Assembly (NCBI GenBank): GCA_965153355.1
Contig: OZ231126.1
Location: forward strand, 14,694,001-14,758,000
Reading direction: 5' to 3'
Origin: Flaccisagitta enflata
Lineage: Eukaryota
Length of the DNA stretch: 64,000 bases
Shown here: in pieces, positions 50,159-64,000 of the stretch
Layout of the letters: the number at the start of each line of letters is the position of its first letter
Position numbering within the stretch: position 1 is the first letter of the stretch
Notes under the pieces: model-generated
The model's database searches: none
Seen by the model: only the letters and a program-made list of their open reading frames with translations
Told to the model about the DNA's origin: nothing
Translations under genes and position numbers: made by a program

Positions 50159-51904
50159 TCATTGTTGCTGCTGTGGTTGCTGCATACTTGCAACCATGTT
50201 CTCCGATTGAGAATTTGCATCAAATCCATGCACTCTCGTGTGCTCCGCATCAGTGTGATTTTCTTTCTGGCAGTATGAACAAAACTTTCTGTAAGGGCAG
50301 GTATTTGATTTGTGTTGACCAAGTACACGGCAACGGAGACAGATTAAAACATGTTTGAGGGCCCTGTCATACTCAAAGCCAGTCGGGGCCCGAGGCAGTG
50401 ATGGATCTGGGGAGGGGCGATCCTGGGAGAAAGAATTGACTGGGCCTTGATCAACGGCTTGACCGTGAATGCTGGGATACTGTTGCTGATGCTGTGAGTG
50501 TAGAACAGGGCCCTGCTGCATGACGTTAGGTAAGTTTAGTTGCTGCTGATCGTTCAATTTTGTCATATCCTCAATGACACAAACTACCACATCATCCAGG
50601 TCACCACAATGGCGGATGTTGTCTCTGATGTGTTGGGGGAGAGAGGCAGCAACGCAGAACTGCTGTTTGATAACTCTGAGTTTGGCCTTTGTATCAGATG
50701 GATCGCCAATTTGGTAGTCAGAAAATGAATTTTCAATTCGTGTCATGAGGGAATGAAAATCCTCATTTTGGCCTTGCCTAATGTTCTGAAACTTCTCACT
50801 GTTTGTGAGGACGGTAGAGGCCTTGTCACAAGCAATGACAGCATCAAAAACACCAGTGAGTGTGATAGGCTTCATCTTTCTCGAGTGTGCTGCATAGCTG
50901 GAAGCAAGCTCCTCACCCATGAGATGGTTGTTGAGATTCACTGCGATCTCAAAATCGTCTATGCCCAGAGTTTGTAGGGTTTTCACGTGAGACTTCAAAG
51001 CAGTGACATAGTCATCAAATGAAAAAAAGACTGAACATTTTGGGTATTTGTTTGAGGCAAGAATTCTGCTCATATCTTTCTTAGTGAGCTGGGGTCGTTC
51101 AGGAGGTGATGCATCACCAGATTGAGATTCTCCGTCACCAAAAAGCAGAAGGTGATGGCTGCTAGATGATGAAGACTTGAGGTGAAGGGGGGGTGAAAGA
51201 GGGTGGGAAGTCGAAGCGACTTTGGGCCTTTTTGCAACTCTTTGCCCAACTTGCAGCTCATGCTCAAGTTTTTTCTTCTCAGCACTAACCACAGCAACTT
51301 CTTTCTCCAAAGTTTTGATACGATTTTTGAGCTCAGAATTAACTTGAACTCTCATGGAAAGAAGGTCTTCCACTTCTTTGAAATCCGCTGAGAGCTTATC
51401 AGCAAACTTCTCAGATGCCAAGAGCTGATTTGCTAGTTGCTCATTAGCCAACCGCTCATCTTCTTTTTGAGAAGCAAGTCTTTCTTGAAGAATACAGAGT
51501 TGCTTATCCTTTTCCTTCAAATCAGCGATGAAAACTTTCTTTTCAGTTTCCCATGCCAGCCTTTCTTGCTCAAATTGTACTTTGGACGATTCATATTCAC
51601 ACGTAAGCTGTGCCATTTGAGCCTCAACATCTTTCAAACCAGAAATGATATCATCACTATCCTCCGACAAAAATGAGCAACGCGAATTTGAAATGGAGGG
51701 ATTTTCAACTTCACATCCCAAGGCCTCATCTATGGCAGCAATAAGGTCATCATCACTCATCCTTAGAGCAGAGGAGAGTTCGAGTGGGTTTTTTTGTGAC
51801 TTTGGGGTTTGAAGATCAGAGGGGGGTGTATGGTGGGAGTTTGTAATTTTAGTTGAGGAAAATTTGGGGAGACATTCCTCATCTCTGGCCTTTAACAAGT
51901 CCAT
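50159..51904 (-). CDS. gag: Gag-like protein (581 aa): N-terminal coiled coil, capsid-like region, two zinc-knuckle variants
   Basis: FQNIRQGQNEDFHSLMTRI (MHR-like); CLRCRVLGQHKSNTC and CSYCQKENHTDAEH; located between PBS and pol. Confidence 0.85.
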   Translation of the reverse strand: MDLLKARDEECLPKFSSTKITNSHHTPPSDLQTPKSQKNPLELSSALRMSDDDLIAAIDEALGCEVENPSISNSRCSFLSEDSDDIISGLKDVEAQMAQLTCEYESSKVQFEQERLAWETEKKVFIADLKEKDKQLCILQERLASQKEDERLANEQLANQLLASEKFADKLSADFKEVEDLLSMRVQVNSELKNRIKTLEKEVAVVSAEKKKLEHELQVGQRVAKRPKVASTSHPLSPPLHLKSSSSSSHHLLLFGDGESQSGDASPPERPQLTKKDMSRILASNKYPKCSVFFSFDDYVTALKSHVKTLQTLGIDDFEIAVNLNNHLMGEELASSYAAHSRKMKPITLTGVFDAVIACDKASTVLTNSEKFQNIRQGQNEDFHSLMTRIENSFSDYQIGDPSDTKAKLRVIKQQFCVAASLPQHIRDNIRHCGDLDDVVVCVIEDMTKLNDQQQLNLPNVMQQGPVLHSQHQQQYPSIHGQAVDQGPVNSFSQDRPSPDPSLPRAPTGFEYDRALKHVLICLRCRVLGQHKSNTCPYRKFCSYCQKENHTDAEHTRVHGFDANSQSENMVASMQQPQQQQ

Positions 51905-51943
51905 CTTGTATCAATTTGGCAAAAATTGTTTAGTGGTGACAGA

Positions 51944-52071
51944 AAAACAAAGCCATATAAGCCAGTAGGTGCGCTGGTTTTATTGTCAATGTGACAGACT
52001 GACTGACCGACCGACCGACCAACCGACGGACATGACCGGTCATAGAAGTGCGTAGGCGCACCTAAAAAAAA
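51944..52071 (-). mobile_element. Short HINE-like element in the retrotransposon leader
   Basis: aacaaagcc...agtaggtgcgc, GACC microsatellite, terminal hairpin GTGCG-TAGG-CGCAC followed by an A run. Confidence 0.6.
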
Positions 52072-52356
52072 CCATCGACCGATCTCGCGTAGCTCAGAGT
52101 CAGGTCAAGATTTTTCGAGTGGGGGAAAAAAAATGCGCATTTCGCGTTATGAAGAGGAAGGGAGGAGGAGGAGAAGATTCTTGGAAGTCAACTCCAAACT
52201 GTTTATATTTTCACATCACAAAAATGCGAGGGACTGGGTTTAAACCCGAGGTCAAGATACGCATATGAGGAAAGCGGAGAATTAGGGGGGAAAAATGCGG
52301 AGTGGGTGGAGGACAGACAGAGAGATAGAAAGGGAGAATGGGAGAAAGGGAGGAAG

Positions 52357-52513
<157 letters not shown>

Positions 52514-52593
52514 CGAGACAGACAGACAGAGAGAGACCGAGACAGAGCGAGAGACAGAGACAGAGAGAGACAGAGAGAGACAGAGAGATAGAA

Positions 52594-52680
<87 letters not shown>

Positions 52681-53021
52681 GATAGAGAGAGACAGACGTT
52701 TTTAGGGGGGTTGTTATGACAATGATGATCAACGAGGGGGTTGTAGTGTGATAGTAGATTGACCAGTGTCGGGGGATATCATACAGAGCAGGAGGGGGAG
52801 TGGGACTATTTAGTATCATAGTCGATGTACCAGTGGCGGGGGGGGGGGGGTGACCACAGGCATTAATGTATCATCTGTTTTTTATTGATATACAAAATGT
52901 TTTGGGGGTAGTAATGAAAAATATTTGGGGGGGGGGTAGTGATAGTCGATTGACTAGTTGTGGGGGAGGGGGTTGTGCCTGAGAATAGAGAGGAGTGGGG
53001 TTCGAGTTTAAAGCTCAAGCT

Positions 53022-53039
53022 CCCCACAGCAAGGCGCCA
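53022..53039 (-). promoter_or_regulatory. Putative primer-binding site TGGCGCCTTGCTGTGGGG
   Basis: Begins with TGG directly after the 5' LTR; imperfect resemblance to the tRNA-Lys(CUU)-type PBS TGGCGCCCAACGTGGGGC. Confidence 0.7.
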
Positions 53040-53243
53040 CTACGTGAGCGAGGCCCTACTGATAAATGAAAAGGCACGGGGTTTTCTGGGTATCATGAAT
53101 ATATTGCTCAGAGAAGGCCCGGGGGCAGACCGAGAGAGAAGACGTCAGATCGAGCTGCTTTTATACTGGCGAGAGAGGAAGAAGGAGGAGGAAGATGAGG
53201 AGAAGGAAGGAGAAGAGAGAGAGAAGCATCGTCTTCGCGGTTG
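53040..53243 (-). repeat. 5' LTR with TATAAAAG box (53158-53165) and AATATA poly(A)-signal variant (53100-53105)
   Basis: Direct repeat of 40827-41030; immediately followed on the minus strand by TGGCGCC. Confidence 0.93.
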
Positions 53244-54051
53244 GTTGTAATGATTATAAGAAATGATAAACAGAATTAGTTACATTTAACAAACAGCCGT
53301 TAAATAAAAGGCGTTTGATCGTGGGTCATTAAGAGCCGATCTGGTGGAGGACCCTAAGGCGGGACTTAGGATGATAATCTGATGGAACTGGACGACCCAA
53401 AGATGACCCAAGATGACCCCGGAGGATCTTTTGTCCCTGATGTCCTTCGATGTCCTACACAAAACGAATAGAAATGTTTTCTCCGTCTCTATTCATCCGG
53501 CTTTGTTTTGTTTTGTTTTGTCTTGTTTTCATTTCATGGCTCAATTTCTTCTTCTTTTTTTTAGTCGCGTGCACGCGACTCTACAGCCCACTCTGTCCGT
53601 CTGTCGGTCGGTCTGTCCGTCCGTCGGTTACACTTTGCTTTTTTTGTCGTTTTATGCCATTTTAAGTCATTTAAAGTTAATTTTAGTCAATTTATATTTA
53701 GTCTCTCAGTCTTTTGGTCTTTTTGTCTTTTAGATTTAGTCTTTTGGTCTAACGGTCTTAACAACCGCACGCGACTGTAAGGTGTAGGCCTTGTTTCTTT
53801 TCTCTTTTGTTTTGTTTTGTTTTGTTTTTTTGTTTTTTTGTTTTTTTTTTCCTTGCTTCGGCCCATAATTGCTGGTGTTTGAACCCTTGATTTATGTTAT
53901 CTATTCATCATTTTATGATCTTGAATTATCGGTTGATAAACTATTGCGCAAAACAAACGGAAGTGGTGGGAAGACTAAAACTTTATCGGCTCACAAGTAT
54001 CGTGGGGTTTTTTTTCTTTAGTTTTTTTTTAGTTTTTTTAGTTTTTTTTTT

Positions 54052-54368
54052 CAGGCCTGTATATTCTTGAGTTTTCCCCCCCCCCCCGGTGGGGGGGGAA
54101 AAAATCAAAGGGTCTGGAGATGGGGAAGGAAATTAAAGGGGGAAAAAAGAGAAAAAAAGGAAATTTGGGGAAAATATAACTTTTTACAGTACCAAATCAT
54201 AAAACTCAATTAGTAAAACACTATTTAAGCCTTAACTACATAGTTTTATTGCTATATGGGGAAGAAAAACATGGATATAAAAACGCGACGCGACGCGTCG
54301 CGGGGAAGAAAATCAAAGGCAGGGGGGGGGGAAAAAAATCAAAAGCGACTCAAGAATATACACCCCTG
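54052..54368. mobile_element. hAT-type MITE inserted in a T run
   Basis: TIR CAGG(CC/GG)TGTATATTCTTGAGT; at least 8 T on each flank. Confidence 0.75.
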
Positions 54369-54615
54369 TTTTTTTTTTATCCAAGGTGGCGACTGAACTC
54401 TACAGTTAGTTGTCCATTTGAACGCCCATCCGTCTACTCTAGCCTCTATTTGAATGCCATAACGGTCTTAACCCAAAGAGCCACCACCACCCATGCATGT
54501 ATCCAGCATTGTACCTAATGCCCACCTTAAAACCAACCTAATGAACCGCATCAAAAAGAACAGAATAAAAGAGTCTATCCCATGGGTATCAACACCCAAC
54601 AAAGATACAGATGCG

Positions 54616-54761
<146 letters not shown>

Positions 54762-57700
54762 AGACCAAATGAAAACACGCCCAAGAGGGCAACAGTCGCG
54801 TGCGTCTGGAAATGACAAACAAAAGGCCGTGCGATATGTATTGATACAATGTCGATACCATAACAAGATAATATCGATACGATACAATACTCAAAATACC
54901 CAAAAATACCCAAAAATACCCAAAAATACCCAAAATTACCAAAAAACACCCAAAAATATCTGAAAGTACCTTAAAATACCCTAAGTACCCAGAACAACTT
55001 AAGTACCCTAAAGTACCCTGAAGTACCCTGAAGTCCCTAGAGTACCTTAAATTACCTTAAAAAGCCTTAAAAAGTCATAATTTCAAAAATGTGACGGACC
55101 GACGGACGGACGGACCGACCTACCGACATGGCAAGGTGTAGAGTCGCGTGCACGCGACTAAAAATCGTTGAACAGCGGCTTTTGATTAAGGCCAAAATGA
55201 GAACTTACGATGAAAAAGTTTCTTGGGCGTCCCTGATCTTTTCTCCCCATTTTTTTTTTCCCGCGGTGTCACGACATTTTGTGTTGGCGTTTTTTTTAAT
55301 CGTCCCTGACGCAAAAAGATTCCAAATCGTCCCTCAGTCCACACTTTCAATGAAAAAGAAAGGATTTATTTCTATGACCGTTCTTAGATTTGATAATGAT
55401 AATGATAGTGATAATGATAATGATAATGATAATGATAATGATAATGATAATGTGTTATCAGACTGATTTTTTGGTGCGTTCTTTTATTTTTTGTTCTCTC
55501 TCCTACATCTCTCCACCGGACCCATGTCGAAAATATATGGGAAAAGGTCGTTTCAACTCCACACTATTTAACTTTAAGAGTGAAAAAAAAATGACCGACG
55601 GACCAACCAAACGGATGACGTAGTGACTTGCAGAGTTGCGCAGCACGCGATAAATAAAAACTGATTCCGATGGAATGGCCATGAGGAAGGGAAAAAACTG
55701 AACCCGGAAAAAAGCCCGGAAACACAAAATCCGAATTGACAAAAATAAATATTCGTAGAGAAGAATTTCTAGTAGAAACTAAAATACAATATATCAAGGT
55801 CGTGGATATTTAGGGACGTACCATAGGTTAGTCTGACCCATCTTAGAAAAGGGATGGTGGAGGAGGAGAATTTGTCATCACCTTAGACTCGCTTGCTGAC
55901 AAATGGGCAACAAGTTCGCTCGCTCAGTCACTTTGTTCCCATCATAAATTCCTTCTTATTCTGCTACGTTCGCATGAAACTGCACTCATGGAACGAGAAG
56001 GAGTGAGATCTAATCAATCTTAAAATAGATACGGCAAGAATGGAATCGCTATTTATTGTGGATGCCGATAGGAATGGGGTGGCCTTTGATCCACGCGACA
56101 GGCGAAAAAAAATGTGCTTGAACTCAACCTATAAATACAACATGACTTTTAACCAGATAAGAATAGGACCGACCATCGATCTAGTCAGTTTCGTGGTACA
56201 TAATCATAACAAGCCCAGGCGGGCAACTCGATGCGTCATCTGCGTGATATTAGAAGAGGCGTAAAGGACGGACGGACGGACGGACAGACCCTCTTATAGA
56301 GATGCGATGACGCATCTAAAAACGAAAAAGAAACGTAATCATCCCCGACTGCGTAAAAATTGCGGGATAATCGATTAGTTTTTAGTCGCGGACACGCGAC
56401 TCTATAAGCCACTTTTCGGTCCGTCGGTCCGTCGGTCGGTCGGTCGGTCGGTCGGTCCGTTGCAAAGTCACTTTTCGAGGTTTTATGCTCCTGCCCACCC
56501 GTCCGCGACTAATGCTGCCGTGTACACGGCCTTGTTTTCTTTCATAGGGCAATTCATCTCCATTTATAAAATGTTTCCGGCAAGAAAGAAAAAAGACACC
56601 ACGTAATATAGAGATAATTGTAGACATGAAGGCAGCGGGAAACCATCGATCTTACCACCTCCTCGGGTAAAATGTAAATGAAGGGGAAAACGAGATGCTA
56701 AAAAAAGGAGAATTCAAAAACAAGGCCAACACCTATAAGTCGCGTGCGAGACTTTCTGACTTAGAATGACTAAGAATGACTTTGAATGACCTAAAATGAC
56801 TTAAAATGACCAACAAGGACTAAAAATGATGGAATAACGTAATGACCAAAAATGACATAGAGTGACTTAAAATGACTTCGAATGACTTAGAATGACTTAA
56901 AATGCCTTAAAATTACTTAGAATGACTAAAAATTACTTAAAGAAATAAAAGTGATAAAAAAAGTAAAGTGTGACCAACCAACCGACGGACAAAGCAGGTT
57001 GTAGAGTCGCGTGCACGCGACTAATAAAAAAAACATGTAACGCGGGGTTACAATATCGTCGCGGACGAGTGGGCAGGGGCGTACAACCCCCCTCCATCCT
57101 CTTCACAAACACATATACAAGGCCGAAATACACGTTCCTAAACTTTTCACTTGATCATTACGGACGGACGTATGAACCGACGGACCGACGACCGGACAAA
57201 GCCACTTTTAGAGTCGCGAGTGCGGCGACTAAAAAGTAGAGTAAAAAAGGAAAATATTCGAATACACACGAAGGGGCAAAACTTGAAGAAAAAAATTTTC
57301 TCCTAAGTTTTGCAAAATGAGAAACGCTTACTTAGAAAAATTAACGAAGATAAATTCAAGTTGTTTTACCGATGGGTATGATGGTCGGCAAAAGTTTTTT
57401 TTTGTTTTTATTCTTGTTTTTTGTTTGCTTGTGTGTTTGTATGTTTGTGTGTTTGTTTGTTTATTTGTTTGTTTCTTTGTTTGTTTGTTTGTTTGTTTGT
57501 TTGTTTGTTTCTGCTTTTTATATCGGTTTGACAAAAGCCAACATATTTTTTTCAACGAATTTCCTGAATTGCAAATCATTTTTTTATCAAGGTCGGTCAC
57601 ATTGCTACTTTTGTCGCCTGCGGGTGGGCAGGAGCAGTGATGTGGGTGTGCGGGTGGGCAGGAGCAGTGGTGTGGGTGGCCTGTTAAGCATTTTGCCAGG

Positions 57701-57888
57701 AGCAGTGTGCAAAATCCCCGCTAAATCGACAACTGAGACGGATGGACCGATCAACCGATCAACAGACCGACAAAAAGCACGCAAATTCAAAATCGTTTTT
57801 TAATCATTGATTTGAAAGAAAATCATGTGTTGTTGATTAGTCTTTCTAGCGTTTGATAAGAAAGATAAGCTGCACACCTAGTAGACAT

Positions 57889-60065
<2,177 letters not shown>

Positions 60066-60502
60066 GTAGACATAAGTCTAAAAATGGAGTAAACAATCAG
60101 CCATGAACGGTTGCTCGCCCCCAGATCCAAGAGATAATCCTGGGGACCTTTTTTTTTCCCAAAAAGAAAAAGGACTCAGAACTTTTTTTTCCCATTAGCA
60201 AAGCCGGTGGCCAGTGGACATAACTTTTTTTTTCTCATGATGATTTTTTTAGTATTTCCTATGTGTGTGTGTATCTCGTTAAGCTCGTAAATTTGTGTCT
60301 GGTCCCATTTCCTTTAGTCTTTACTATCTATATGAATGGATATACATTTTTCTTTAGAACAGTAGCGATGCTACAGTAAACAGTGGGAATAACGGACAAG
60401 CCGACGATTCTTAGTTGCTTGTGATCTTACGGTATGAGCTACCTTGGTGGTTTGATTTGATAGCTGGTTGGTTATTATGTTCATCCGTCCCATTGATAAA
60501 AT

Positions 60503-60632
60503 TAGGGATGTGGAAGCGGTCGATTTTTACGCCGCTTCTACCGCTTCCGATTCCGCTTCCATTTTGTAGTTCAAATACTAGTATCTATCCCATCCTCCAA
60601 ATTGGAAGCGGTCAATCGCTTCCACATTCCTA
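60503..60632. mobile_element. 130-bp hAT-type MITE
   Basis: TIR TAGG(G/A)ATGTGGAAGCG; perfect 8-bp duplication GATAAAAT; internal CCGCTTCC motifs. Confidence 0.88.
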
Positions 60633-63600
60633 GATAAAATAACCCCATAACATTATCCTTCTATTCGCTTAAAGTGGATATCAATTGTTACCCATCGGAC
60701 CATCAAGAAGTTATGAACTGATATATGGGAGGAAGGTTTTGTCTCCATAACATTTTTATCTAAATGGGAGTTCCCATTAGACTCGGATCCGTTATTGAGG
60801 AGATCATGTACGTTGATTCCGCTATGAAACAGAATCAGGGACACGTGCCCAAAGAAAAAAAAGTTATAATCTTGATGACCTTCATGGTTTAAACTCAAAC
60901 ACGCTAAATATTGTTACCGAACCATCATCAGTTTCGCAGACCGCACATGATGACATGTTGAGACAAGCATGGTCTCAGAAGGTTCATGTAGATGACTTTC
61001 AGTTACTCCGCTGGTCTGACCGATGTACAGGTACGTTGGTTACTGTCGTTGATTACTGTCGGTATGGCGGTCTGTCGGAAATTCTGTCCGAGTCAGTCTG
61101 TCTGTCAATATGTAGATCTAATCTTTTAAAAAGAATTCATAAAAAACTGCCCAACCGCAAGCGACTGAGGTAGGCTGCCTCGTTGGTTGAACACGGCCAA
61201 CACCTATAAGTCGCGTGTAGGACATAAATGATTTAAGATGGCTTAGAATGACTTAGAATGACTTAAAATGACATAGAATGACTTAAAATGATGAAAAGGA
61301 CTATATTGACTAAAATGACAATATTGACTTAAAATGACCTAGAATGACTTAGAATGACTTTAAATGACTTAGAATGACTTAAAATGATGAAAAGGACTAT
61401 ATTTACTAAAATGACCATAATGACTTAAAATGACTTAGAATGACTTAAAATGACTTAAAATAACCTAGAATGACTTTAAATGACTTAATATGACTCAAAA
61501 TAACTTAGAATGACTAAAAATGACTTAAAGATATAAAAGTGATAAAAAAAGTAAAGTCTGACCGACCAACCAACCGACCGACCAACCGACCGACCAACCG
61601 ACGGACAAAGCGGGGTGTAGAGTCGCGTGCACGCGACTAAAAAGTGCAAACAATTGACGTCAAAAGCAAAAGATTTCTCATGTTTTGGTCAGGCAGACCT
61701 TGTCTGAGCTGACGCTTTTGAATTTCATCATGAAAGAAATGTGTAGACTTCATCTAAGAATATTCATCAATTGTTCTCTCTCTCTTTCTTTTTTCAGACG
61801 CTAACAAAGCGACTCTATAAGATGGTGTGTCCCTTGGTTGAAAGGCATGTATGTTGGTTAGTGAGTTTGTCTGAGGTAACGCAGCTTCATTTTCTTGTAC
61901 CTTCTTGTCTACCATATTATGTATATTCATGTATTCTTTCTTTTTCTGTCTCTATGATTATTTTTTTTATTCCTTTTTTTTTTTGTAAGCCATTTGGCGT
62001 TGGTCGGTCGGTCGATCGGTCCCAAATATTCTATATATTGCGAGCGGTCGTTTCATTACTATTCTCACTGTTCCTATACATTATTGTTTTATCAATTATC
62101 ACCCCTACCCGCAAATTGTAAATCCGGTTGAAAATGCATTTCCATCGAGCAGAAATTTAGATTCGGTTTCAGATTTAAAATCTTTATCCATGCGAAAGAA
62201 GAAAACCGTTAGTCAACGACATTTGAATAGGATTAAATCCGGTGGACTGGCAAGCATTTGATTTTTGAATGAGAGGCAAAAACAGAAAAGATTCAAGTCC
62301 GAACAGGTTTTGGCCTTAGGGCTTTCCTTTCTTAGTTTATATACTACCAGACGCTATGCGCCTCTTCCTCCTCCTCCTCCTCTTCCTCCTCTTCCCCTTC
62401 TCTCCTTCTTTCCGTCTTCCTTTTTCCTGTCTTCCGTTTCCTTTCAGTCTTCCTTCATTGATGGCCTTGAAAGAGAGTCGGCACTCAGGACTCGAGACTC
62501 AGATCTCAGGACTCCTTGACTCGATAACACACAATCTGCCAAGTTAGATGATTGATGGTGCAGAAGAGGCACGATAAACCAGATGATAGAGTGAACAAGA
62601 CAAAGTAGTACAATAAGATGCGCCGTGTGGATCGTCAGGCGTTTGTGCTACCGACCAACAAACCAACAGACCGACGGACGGACACAGCCATTATAAAGGT
62701 GCGTTAGCGCACCTAACAACGGGCATATGACGCCGCTGAAGGAATCTGCATCTGGAGGATGTTTCGGTCAATTTGCTGTTTTTATTGGAACAAGGCCGGA
62801 TTCACGGCTACCCCAGTCGCGTGCGGGTGGGCAGGGGCTGTATTGTGGTCACTTGATCACTTGGGCAGGAGCAGTGAGGCCATAGACCGCAAAAACAAAA
62901 AAAAAGTAAAGTGTGATGGACCGACCGACGGAGGGACGGACCGACGGACGGACCGACGGACGGACCGACGGACCGACGGACCGACAAAGCGGGGTGTTGA
63001 GTCGCGTAGCACGCGACTAAAAATTATTTATGAAGTTTACATTTTTTTCTCCTGAAGGTGCAAATGATGAGGTTGTGTTTACCACCACATTTTTTTAGTA
63101 CTTGTTAGATCAAATACAGTGATGTAGAAGGCCACGCTAGACAAATGTGACCGATCGGGGGATCGACTGACGGATCAAATAGTGGCATCAACAGTCTCGT
63201 AGCAGCCGATGTAGAAAAGCAAAATGGCAGAAAATGGTAAAATGGTGGTAACCATGTTTGCCGGAATTGATTACTTCCGAAACTTAAGGGGAAAAAATGA
63301 TCGTGTATGGCAACACAAATTCTATCCAAAGACAACGGAAGCCGCCCACAAATATGTGCCGTAACGACAACCGGCCCAAAAGGCCGTGTGAGCAAAAACG
63401 CCTCAGCAGATTAACAGAATTTAATATCTCTCAAATATTCAACACTTTCCATGAATTGAATAACATTCTTGAGATTCTCTACATCATTTTTGACAGAGTC
63501 TCTCTCTCTCTCTCTCTCTCTCTCTGATTATTATATTATCTTATTTGAGACCCCATGCATTCCTGTGGTACAAGTTGTCAAAACTTCAATAACTCATGCC

Positions 63601-64000
63601 TCCATGAGACTCCAAGAGCGATTTCCACGAATGACAAAAATGTGACGCCTGATTTGCTCTTCCTCCTCCCCCCTATTTCCGGAATTTGGAGATTCTCGCC
63701 TTAACTCACTTATATCCTTCCAGGTAAGACCACTTCCCAAAACAGTTTGTGGGTTTCCTTTCCTCCTTCGTTTCGTTCTTTTAAGTCGCGGACAAGCAAC
63801 TCTAGAAGAGGCTTTGTCCGTCCGTCAGTCGGTCGATCCGTCCGTAGTGGTGATCTAGTTGAGAAAGTGCGAAAACGCGCATTTCCGCACCTGCCCACCC
63901 GTCCGCGACTGATATTGGCCGTGTATCCGGCCTTGTTTCCATTTTTGGTCGCATGCATGCGACTATTCAGTCCATATCGCTCTTTGTCATTTAGTCGATC

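Noticed and set aside
52085-52150. tRNA-like start gcgtagctcag
   Set aside because: No cloverleaf or B-box/T-arm could be built.

Overview
Repeat-dense eukaryotic DNA, most likely from an invertebrate animal (inferred from microsatellite load, a spliceosomal intron and metazoan-type transposons). One host gene is supportable: a two-exon XK-related (Xkr) membrane protein gene at 35186-37461. The rest is mostly mobile DNA. (1) A near full-length CR1/L2-type LINE on the minus strand (1 to about 4430), with a PHD-finger ORF1 and an APE-RT ORF2 broken by one in-frame stop, plus a candidate A-AAA-AAC -1 frameshift site. (2) Two related multi-kb foldback elements with modular tandem arms. (3) Many Tc1/mariner-, hAT-, Harbinger- and CAC-type MITEs, and numerous DINE-1/HINE-like Helentron derivatives. 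(4) The most unusual object: a complete, young 12.4-kb Ty3/Gypsy-order LTR retrotransposon (40827-53243, minus strand). It has 204-bp LTRs lacking TG...CA ends, gag and pol in one frame separated by a single UGA, a YVDN reverse-transcriptase motif, about 110 in-frame Asn codons, large extra Pol segments and a duplicated polypurine tract. All calls come from reading the sequence by eye; no searches were run.
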